Shown piece after piece: positions 51,657 through 60,188 of a stretch of DNA of 64,000 nucleotides. The notes under the pieces were generated by a model. It saw nothing but the letters and a program-made list of their open reading frames with translations. It did no database searches and was not told the origin of the DNA. The stretch's first letter is position 1. Each line of letters begins with the position of its first letter. Origin of the DNA: Fistulifera solaris (taxonomy: Eukaryota); NCBI GenBank assembly GCA_030295235.1, contig AP026124.1, forward strand, positions 1,426,001 through 1,490,000, read 5' to 3'. Made by a program: the position numbers and the translations under genes.

Positions 51657-52271
51657 GATTTGTATGCATCAAATTTTATTCAAAATGTAGTTCATACTTC
51701 ATACCAGGTACGAACACGAGGTTGGAGGAGTGCGACAATCATCGCGCCATGCGAAAAGACAAAAACGTCGCAGACGCCTCCTCTCACGACTCACGACTGA
51801 AATCCAGTCACGGGATATGAAACCAACACTTTGACTCTATAGTGGAGTATGAAACGCATCATTCGGCGGATTTCTATTACTTAAGAGTAAACTTTGAAGG
51901 GCTCACTGCAGATGTAACTGACAGTGATCATTCAATTTGCTGGATGGCAGAAAAATTGGAGAAGTTTGACTTGACGCGAGACGCAAACATTCGTACCAGG
52001 TACATACGGTCGTGGGTACGTGGCGCACGTGCCCACGAACGGGTATTAGTTCGTTAAGTAAAAAACAAAGCCCAGTTGCCAACGGATAGCATGTAAGTTT
52101 CCCGCCTTTATTCACACCTCCCACCAGGTTTGAGATCGTTGCGATCGACATGAATGAGTGCACGTTAAGAAAATGACATTGCAGCTGCTCGGTCCCAGCG
52201 GCAATTCTTCTTCCAAGCGTGCCAGTGATATTGTAAGCAATCCATTGAACTATCAATAAAGTAGATAAGCC

Positions 52272-53415
52272 ATGTTATGGGTAGATGAATACCGCCCCAC
52301 GAAACTGGAGGATCTTTCCTACCATTCGGATATTACCGATCGTTTGCAAGCCCTGGCACAGAACCCTGACTCCATGCCCCATCTCTTTTTTTTACGGACC
52401 ATCAGGAGCCGGAAAAAGACTCGCATCAACTGCTTACTCGAAGCTCTCTACGGTCCGGGAGCGAGGAAACTCAAATTGGATCAACGCACATTTACAACAC
52501 CCACCAACAAGACGGTACAAATCAACATGGTTACGTCGAGTTATCACATTGAAATCAGCCCTGGTGATGCAGGATTAAATGATCGGTTTGTTGTTCAAGA
52601 TATTATCAAAGAGATTGCGTCCAATCAGAATATCTCGGCAATGAACAGTACCAGGAAAACAGCACTTTTCAAAACTGTGGTTCTCGTGGAAGTTGATCGA
52701 CTCAGTCGTCAAGCCCAAGCCGCCTTGCGTCGCACCATGGAAAAGTACGCCAAGACATGTCGTCTCATTTTATGCTGTGATTCAATGAGTAAAGTTATGG
52801 AACCTGTTCGCAGTCGATGTCTAGGAATTCGTGTGCCAGCACCGACTCACATCGAGGTAAGCGCCTTCGTGAATCGAGTTCGTGTACAGCATTGGATTTA
52901 CTAAGCACTTGTGTCTCGTCTTTGTAAAGATTTCCAACGTACTGATCAAAACCGCCCGTCGTACCGAACATACTCTTCCAGAAGATGTTGCGAGCAATAT
53001 CGCTCGGTCCTGCGATCGCAATCTACGCCGTGCCATTCTCATGTTGGAAGCCATGAGTACGCAAGGTCTCACCAAAGATCAACCGGTTCCAGTGACGGAC
53101 TGGGAACTTTACATTCGTCAGATTGCCATTGATATTACCAAAGAGCAAAGTCCGCAACGCTTGGCAGCGACACGCGAAAAAATGTACGAACTTTTGGTCA
53201 ACTGCATCCCTCCGACCATTGTGCTCAAGACGTTGGTCAGGGAATTGCTGAGAAATCTCGATGATACACTGAAACCTTCGGTCGTGGAGTGGGCAGCGTT
53301 TTACGAGCATCGCATCGCCATGGGAAGCAAAGAGATATTTCATCTAGAGGCGTTTGTGGCAAAATACATGGCGCTGTACAAGAAGTATCTCAACGACCTA
53401 TTCGATGACTTTTAA
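52272..53415 (+). CDS. RFC3: Replication factor C subunit 3 (yeast Rfc5 orthologue)
   Basis: MLWVDEYRP, YGPSGAGKKT (across a T-run frameshift at ~52386), SSYHIEISP, AQAALRRTMEKY, SRCL, RNLRRAILMLE, IFHLEAFVAK. Intron 52857-52930. Confidence 0.95.
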
Positions 53416-53452
53416 AAGTATATCAGAAAGTAATCTTACAACATTCGACTTT

Positions 53453-54742
53453 TCATGAGTCAACTGTAGACAGCACTATTTTTCCGACTGTAGCACCACT
53501 GGATATTAGATCATGCGCCGACGCAATGTCATTCATGTGCATCTCCACCACTCGCGGACACGATAGCTTTCCTTCTTCCAGCCAAGCCAGTACTTGGTCG
53601 AAAAGATCAGATAGCATCTCGCGCTCATTGGCAAAGAATGACAAGTTAAAAGCCAAGACAGCTTTATTCACGGCTCCCATTTCCATGGGATCTAGCTTTG
53701 GCATGTTGGTCATCTTGTATGCCATTTTCAGCCATTGCCAGGGCGACAACATATCACGGCCCATGGGTAGATTTGTGTGAAAACCATAAACAATCAATCG
53801 TCCAGTCATTGCTAAATGATCGTACGACTGTTGCAAGGTATCTACTCCGGAAGAATCCATAACCGCAGCATAGCCTGAAGGAGAAGCCGCCGCAATCTCA
53901 TTCCACATGTTTCTCGTCGCACTCTTATCGATCACAACATCACATCCTAAGCGTTTGGCTTCTTCTACTTTGGCAGAGCGCCCAACGACACCTACTACCG
54001 GTGACAAGCCCAATAACTTCGACATTTGAATGAGCATGCTACCCACACCTCCCGCCGCTGAATGGATCAAAATACCTGTGTTACTGAACTTGGACGGCGT
54101 CGGAAAGTGTCCAGCTAAGAACAAGGAATAAAGTGAAGTGAGGGCCACGGTAGGGATCGCCGAAGCCTGACTGGTGGACCATCCGCTGGGAATTAGTCGA
54201 AGGTGTAAGGCGGGGACCATGACGCGAGAGCTATACGCCCCAAATAAAGTACATCCAAACACACGATCACCCACTCTAAATTGCCGCACATCGGTGCCCA
54301 CGTGTTCGACAATACCGGCAATGTCAAAACCAGGAACAATCGGATAGCCTACATACTGATTGGCACTCTCATAGAGGCCCCATCGAATGCAGATATCAGC
54401 GTAATTCACAGAAAATGAATCGATTCGTACAATGACGCAATCATTTGGCAGGTCCTTTATACGAGCAAATGCTCCTTCACGGGGCGACACGTTGTAGCCG
54501 GTCGTACAGTAACCCGGCTTCAATGTAATGACGCGCAACTGCTCCACGCCACCGGGACGTGCAATCACCACACATTTTGTATTGTTGGAATCAGTAACGG
54601 GACCTTCTGTCTGTTCCTGGGGCAAACGAGGAACCAATACGGGCAGCAAGCTCGGCACAAACGTTCGAACGAACCATGAGAGTAGATTGGCGCCCATGGC
54701 TACCAAAATGGCGGTGTCTTGACCGAAAATTTTCTTGCCCAT
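53453..54742 (-). CDS. VAT-1-like NADPH:quinone oxidoreductase (MDR superfamily, Zn-independent)
   Basis: SVNYADICIRWGLY, VPGFDIAG, LIHSAAGGVG, GRLIVYG, GKIVL. Confidence 0.88.
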   Translation of the reverse strand: MGKKIFGQDTAILVAMGANLLSWFVRTFVPSLLPVLVPRLPQEQTEGPVTDSNNTKCVVIARPGGVEQLRVITLKPGYCTTGYNVSPREGAFARIKDLPNDCVIVRIDSFSVNYADICIRWGLYESANQYVGYPIVPGFDIAGIVEHVGTDVRQFRVGDRVFGCTLFGAYSSRVMVPALHLRLIPSGWSTSQASAIPTVALTSLYSLFLAGHFPTPSKFSNTGILIHSAAGGVGSMLIQMSKLLGLSPVVGVVGRSAKVEEAKRLGCDVVIDKSATRNMWNEIAAASPSGYAAVMDSSGVDTLQQSYDHLAMTGRLIVYGFHTNLPMGRDMLSPWQWLKMAYKMTNMPKLDPMEMGAVNKAVLAFNLSFFANEREMLSDLFDQVLAWLEEGKLSCPRVVEMHMNDIASAHDLISSGATVGKIVLSTVDS

Positions 54743-54960
54743 GTCTGAATTTGCAATAAGCTACCTGTTGATGAATGAGCTGATGGTAATCGAGGTGTAG
54801 AATATTAGTAATGCGAATGAATGAAGAATCATCATCAACATTGTCATTCATCATCCTCTTTTGAATCACGGATACTTTTTTAGCGGGATAAAATGCGTAT
54901 CGCAGTGGTATGGGAATCTACGGAGCTTAACTTCACACGGTACCGGTACCGGTACTGGTA

Positions 54961-55044
54961 CGGGAACGGCGTTAAAATTCTGCCTCGTCGTAGACGCTAC
55001 GTAGAATCTTGTACTGGGAGGCAGAATTTTAACGTCCTTCCCCG
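54961..55044. mobile_element. MITE-like hairpin element, copy 2, flanked by TA on both sides
   Basis: TA|CGGGAACGGCGTTAAAATTCTGCCTC ... GAGGCAGAATTTTAACGTCCTTCCCCG|TA; 17 bp perfect inverted core CGTTAAAATTCTGCCTC. Confidence 0.75.
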
Positions 55045-55410
55045 TACTCATTGTACTTGTACAGCGGAGTTCAATCATGCCGTCACAAGCTCAAGCAACG
55101 TGAATCATCATCCGAAGCGTGAAGAAGCGGTTATTCGAAGTCTTTTCCGGTTGCACGATTCCACGAAGAACGATTGCATCGAAATCTTTCAACCTTGCTA
55201 CATTACATCTTTATAGTACTCGGCCACTGGCCCAGTCGGAGTGGGCGTTCGATCGATTTCCCGAAATCACATTTTTTTGAAAAAAACGGTGACTGCAAGT
55301 CTCATTATTTATCTCCATCCGACTTTCGAAAACAGTCAGAAGGCGACTTTAACAAGACGGATTTCTTTCTATTCTATTCGGTATACTATCTTTGTTAATT
55401 TATATCTACC

Positions 55411-55746
55411 ATGACACGATCTTCTTCGCGTACTTCCACCTCGGCCTTAACCGTTGCTGAGCGGGCGAAATTCAATCCAGTCCGACTGCGCATGCGCTAC
55501 TCAAGGGGGCTTGGTAGCTTCTCGGCGTCTTCTGCCATGATAACGAATATGGCATCATCTTTGTCCATCAATGAATCATCTCGCAAAGTTCCTCTTATCG
55601 AGAACTTTGATAGCGCGAATGACATTGCGCAGACCCCACGGACGAAGCCTCCGATGATGCAGTGCCCCGATGCTCCTCGCAAGCGACAACACTTCTTTGA
55701 TGTTCCAAAGGAAATTCCGGAAAGAATACAGTTTCCCGAGTTTTGA
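55411..55746 (+). CDS. Small protein with SIAMESE/SMR-like motifs (putative CDK regulator)
   Basis: Intronless 111-aa ORF with an ATG start; C-terminal QTPRTKPPMMQCPDAPRKRQHFFDVPKEIPERIQF. Confidence 0.5.
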   Translation: MTRSSSRTSTSALTVAERAKFNPVRLRMRYSRGLGSFSASSAMITNMASSLSINESSRKVPLIENFDSANDIAQTPRTKPPMMQCPDAPRKRQHFFDVPKEIPERIQFPEF

Positions 55747-56405
55747 AAAAAGCGAATTGCCGACAACTAATTGTTTATACTGCTGTTCAGCATGTCACAA
55801 GTGTAATAAAAGATGAATATTATAATTCTGTTTGATGTAAGCTTGAATCTGATAGTCTAAAAGCTAGTTTGCACATAAGGACCAGATACCAGAATCAAAG
55901 ATTGGACTGTGGTGAATCCGAAGCAGTGACAGTAAAAAGAAGATTTGACAAGCCAAAGTAAAAAGGTTACAAGTTGAGGTTTAGTCTTTTACATTACAGG
56001 AAGATCTTTTGCTCATTTTTCTGTGCAAGCTTTCTCAAACGGACTTTGGCAGTGATGTTCTTAATTACGGGATGAAATAACTTCAAAGAAGAGGTCCGCG
56101 CTTCCTAATTAGCGATCGACTCCGACTCTTTATTCAGGAAAACAATAATCATGGTCAACAAGTTCGAACGGTATCAATGGCGCTAAGACTAAGGGCTAAG
56201 AAACCTGCTTCCAGGCGCTGCAGCGAATGTTACCCAATACTGCAAACTGATAGTCTCAAAACCCATGCAAAAATATAGCAAGCAGCACTCACGATTTGTC
56301 ATAGCAATTCACCAAGTGCAACAAGGAGCAGAAGACACCTCCGTTGATCACGCGTAGAGACTACAAATCATCGTCAATCACACGTGGCTTTCTTTCAAGA
56401 ACCTT

Positions 56406-57822
56406 TTACGTCAATGGCATTTGCTCCTCCGTTTTAGCCGATGACTGAGAACGAAATGCCAATTGAGCGACGTTTCTAGTTATTTGACGGAAGCGCCGTG
56501 CTAGCTTCTGTTCATCTGGTTCCCCTGTAACTTCGGCAGGAGTCGGTAAGCACAACCAGCAGACCGGTAGAAGCCCTTGTACCAAACGATCTTCATACAG
56601 CGCCCTTAGCATGTCGTCTAGTCGTACGAGCTGCGAGGTGTTCTTGCACATCGATGTCTGGCCTTGTTGTTCTTGTACGCGATCTGTAACCATCTTTAAA
56701 TCAGACTGTACGTGATCGAACGCCTCTTTCCCAGTTTCGACTTGCCCTACAAGCCATTGTAGATCGGTTACAAATTGTCGCGTCACCAATGAGTCAGACC
56801 CAGTCCTTTTGTGAAGCACAATAATGAAACTCTCCAGTGCGTAAATATCGGGTGCACCCAGCGATTCGCGAATTAGGTGCAACGTGTCCAAATCGGGCCG
56901 AATTCTCCGACTTAGCTCAGGATGACTCTCGAGATACTCCGAGATTATGGCAATATCATCACTCATTCGTAGCAAAGCCCGTCTTGTACTGATGAACGGG
57001 TGATCACGCCGTCGCCGACAGGCATCGGCTTTTGAATTAGAGATCGAACATAGAAACAGATGCATGCATTTGCCGCCATCCAAAGCGCTTTGTTGTATAG
57101 TATATCGTCGGATAGATATCGCTTGACCGTGCTCAGGTAATCATCTATGGTTTGCATTAACTCTTTGACAACTTCATTCTGTATCAGTTCCTCTTCCCAT
57201 GCAGCACTGAAGATCATTTGTGGTATAGAGGTATTATGCTGTATCGTCCGCAACAGAAAGACTAGCGTCCGCTCGGTCGCCTGTACGGCGAGTCGACTGA
57301 GTTCGTGAACCAGGTCGTCCCCCAACGAAACGAATACGCTGCGTTCTGTTTGCCCCCTTTGAGTAGTCAATTCTTCTACTAGCTTTTCCATCTTCTCGGA
57401 CATACGCAAGAAATCATTCGCCGCTGCGCATGTCTCTTCCAGTGTCACATACATACGCTGATGGTACCGTTCCATGTGTTCATGTTGCACGCACTTGAGA
57501 ACGAAGAGCATTCCTTCGTCGAAAACACGGTCGTTCCCTTGTTCGACCAAGACACTGCGCTGGATCTGAATCAACGAGAAGACGTCCTCAGCAAGAGAAG
57601 TGGAGACTGACCCGTCGAGTGCCTCGTAAAAGTTGTGTTCGGTTCTGTTCGTTTGCAACAGCGGACAACGTTTTGAGGACAGAGAGTGGGATTTATACGT
57701 ACTAGGTAAACGAATAACGAGACTTACGCGTAAGCGTTTCTCACGGACTGAAACGCATGCTTTTGAAAGTGCGTCAGGAATGATTCGCCTTGCAGGTCAG
57801 TTAACTTCGCCTTGGTCGCCAT
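56406..57822 (-). CDS. Exocyst Sec6 (EXOC3) C-terminal-like helical protein
   Basis: Exon 1 from ATG 57822 to a GTAAGT donor; CAAANDF, IFSAAWE, TIDDYL...YL, CFYVRSL, RMSDDIAIISEYL pattern. Frameshift near 57031. Confidence 0.55.
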
Positions 57823-57985
57823 GATGTGCTATTGGTATACTCCTAGATGGGTTTGCGTTTGATTGCTTTTTGGTGTGTTTTTCTTTCTGTTTCGAGAAAA
57901 AGTAATAGATCATGAGCTATTTTGGTGCTCCATTAAGGTTAGTATCATATCTTGATGAAATTTTGTTTTTCCCACCTGGCTAGGT

Positions 57986-58072
57986 GCTACCTTAGCATAG
58001 TTGGTTATTGTACCTGATTCGTAAGATTTGCGCACGATCAGGAGGTCGCGTGTTCGAATCACGCAGGTAGCT
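57986..58072 (+). tRNA. tRNA-Thr-CGT: tRNA-Thr (anticodon CGT) with a 13-nt intron (58024-58036)
   Basis: Acceptor GCTACCT/AGGTAGC+T; anticodon stem CCTGA/TCAGG; loop TT-CGT-A|intron|A at the canonical 37/38 position; T-arm GCGTG-TTCGAAT-CACGC. Confidence 0.92.
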
Positions 58073-58339
58073 CTTTGCAAAATTGATCTTGCTACGCACA
58101 AAACTAATTTTTAAGAAGACAAACCCACCTAGATACATATTTTGTACCTTAGCTCTGTGAATCATCAACCAAACTAGGTTACAACAGGCTGTGCCAGATT
58201 TCCATAGGGTCCGGCACCATTAAATCATCTTGTTTCACCACTTCTCTACTAACCAAGGGTATTTACTTGAGTCTTCCTCGATTTGTGAATAGCTTTCTAT
58301 GTATGAAGTGTAATACTTGAGGCTGCTCATGAGTCAGCG

Positions 58340-58502
58340 CTACTTTGATTTAGTAATAAGGTGCGAGCCCAGGATCCACTAGAAGACTCGATCTTGCGCG
58401 TTCTCGCATACCACAATACGCCTGCTATCAAATTAGATTCCAATCGATTGTGTCGTCTTCTGCCAGTCTTCGATCCCGAGTGTTTACTATGGAGTAAGCA
58501 AA
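58340..58502. repeat. Direct repeat copy A (3' of the HNH-AP2 gene)
   Basis: Aligns with 59827-60003; core 58367-58408 is 40/42 identical to 59857-59898. Confidence 0.88.
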
Positions 58503-58545
58503 CTTAGCTTCACTCCGAGTTTTACTTTTTAGCACAGCATTTACA

Positions 58546-58568
58546 ACACACACACACACACACACACT
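58546..58568. repeat. (CA)n microsatellite
   Basis: About 11 CA units. Confidence 0.9.
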
Positions 58569-58663
58569 GCAATGACAATGGTACCTGGTACAAAAATTGA
58601 CTGCGATTCTATGATTAGTTTTACTCAAAAGTTTTACGGACTTCAGGGTCCACAATCTTGACA

Positions 58664-59806
58664 TCATACGACAATTTGAACGACACGTGTGTCGTACCAA
58701 TCAATTGCCATTTGTTTTGCACTGTTTTCCCCAAAAGTCTTTGTCGAGAACTTTTTGGACTTTTTCTTTCGAGCGGGTAGCCCCTTTACGAATGTACTCA
58801 CGAGCCAAAGCCACCCAGTAAGAATGTACTTTGAGGTCTTTCGTAGCACGGAAGACACCCACAACTGAGCCGTCTTTGCGTACTTTACGGTAGATGCGTT
58901 TGTTATTGGCCTGGTGGAGGATATCTCGTGGAAGGAGATTTCCAACCCAATTGTTCACCCCGTCTTGGTCGGCATGGTCGCATGTCAAATTGCTATCCAG
59001 AACCTTGCCTATATGCTTCTCCAGGACAAAACAGCAAAAGTCTCGTGTTCGCGCCACTTTCTGCTGGTCCACGAAGGTGATGCGGAAAGAGATTACCCCG
59101 TTGATAAGGCTAATCCGCTTTTTGATCGGAATGTACTTGCCTCGGCGAGTATCAATGATGTGGGTTCCATCCTCGCTGACAAGAATATGATCAAAGAGAG
59201 GGTGTTTCCACCAATTGTGTTTCCCACTGCTGAAGTACCACGGAATGATTTCGAGCGTGGACAATTCGTAATATTTTCTAAGTTGTAATCGATGAGTAAT
59301 GAGTAATGATCAATGAACGAGCGCATTGGCTTTCTTGCACAGCATTGCAAGCGCTAAACGTACTCTTTGTCTTTGTTGATATTGGTCAAAGCGGCTGTTG
59401 TTGGCAATTGACATCCAATCCAAAACTACGATGCGATTGTCTTGAATGCCGCCATCTATGTGATGACCCACGTGTCCCTCTGGTCGCCGGCCTTTGAACT
59501 TGATCAACACTAAGTGGTGAACAAAAATGCTTTGTTTGTGTTGTTGCAGAGGTTGCTGTAAAGCCAGACTCATAGGTATCCATTGCCGTCAGGTTGAGAG
59601 CTTAGCACCATGTAGGATCTGGAAAGAACATGACCTTTGGCACCGGGCTTAGCTATGAAAGCCTCTCCTATGATGTCGTCAAACTCTGGGTCGAACTTGA
59701 ATTCATCCCGAATTGGTCGCCAACCCTGGTCACGGCTGATGATGAAACCATTTTCGTGCCAGAGATAAACCGCCGGACAGAACGAGGCCGATCTCAGTTG
59801 GGTTTC
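58664..59806 (-). pseudogene. Tandem NUMOD4/HNH-NUMOD4/HNH-AP2 homing-endonuclease-like gene, disrupted
   Basis: HNH1: GNGYL*VWLY...IFVHHLVLIKFKGRRPEGHVGHHIDGGIQDNRIVVLDWMSIANN. HNH2: TCDHADQDGVNNWVGNLLPRDILHQANN. AP2: GVFRATKDLKVHSYWVA...KKFSTKTFGENSAKQMAIDWY. GT-AG intron 59278-59363; TGA at 59570-59572; frameshifts near 59530, 59390 and 58765-58785. No clear ATG. Confidence 0.8.
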
Positions 59807-59826
59807 TCAACAAAATTTTACGAGAC

Positions 59827-60003
59827 CTAACTTGGATTTTAGTATCAACGTATGAGGCCCAGGACCCACTAGACGACTCGATCTTGCGCGTTCTCGCACG
59901 CCAAAATATGTCCGCTTTTAAATAATCATTTTGTTTCCAAGCGGTTTTGCCGTCTTCAACCAGCCTTCGACCCCAAGTGTTTATTAGACTACGGAGTAAG
60001 CAA
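59827..60003. repeat. Direct repeat copy B (5' of the HNH-AP2 gene)
   Basis: Aligns with 58340-58502. Confidence 0.88.
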
Positions 60004-60188
60004 CATCAGGTACATTGGAATAATTATTTTGACTCAAACCCTAATCGTAATCGACTTACCTTGTACTGTAAGGTCCTAGAGTACTCCTTGCGGACGATAA
60101 ACAACCCAGGACAACAGCAGCGTTGAAAATTGAAAGGCATTGTGAATGTTTTACCCTTACTACTTTAATAAGAGCACTAATCAACAAC

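Noticed and set aside
1157..53415. Functional cluster of chromatin and cell-cycle genes (SPT16, ISWI, PHD, CDAN1, CDC26, RFC3)
   Set aside because: They are interspersed with unrelated metabolic and trafficking genes, as expected by chance in a compact genome.
58378..58410. Helitron 3' end (hairpin then CTAG on the minus strand)
   Set aside because: Similarity between the two repeat copies continues ~35-40 bp past the CTAG, so it is not a terminus; no Rep/helicase is present.
58340..60003. Direct repeats as U1/U4 snRNA, 5S rRNA, SRP RNA, hammerhead ribozyme or classical LTRs
   Set aside because: Only short chance similarities were seen. There is no intact CUGANGA/GAAA core, no TG...CA termini, PBS or PPT, and no RT or integrase.
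60036..60044. AAACCCTAA telomere-like / telo-box word
   Set aside because: Single 9-mer with no array; chance occurrence is plausible.
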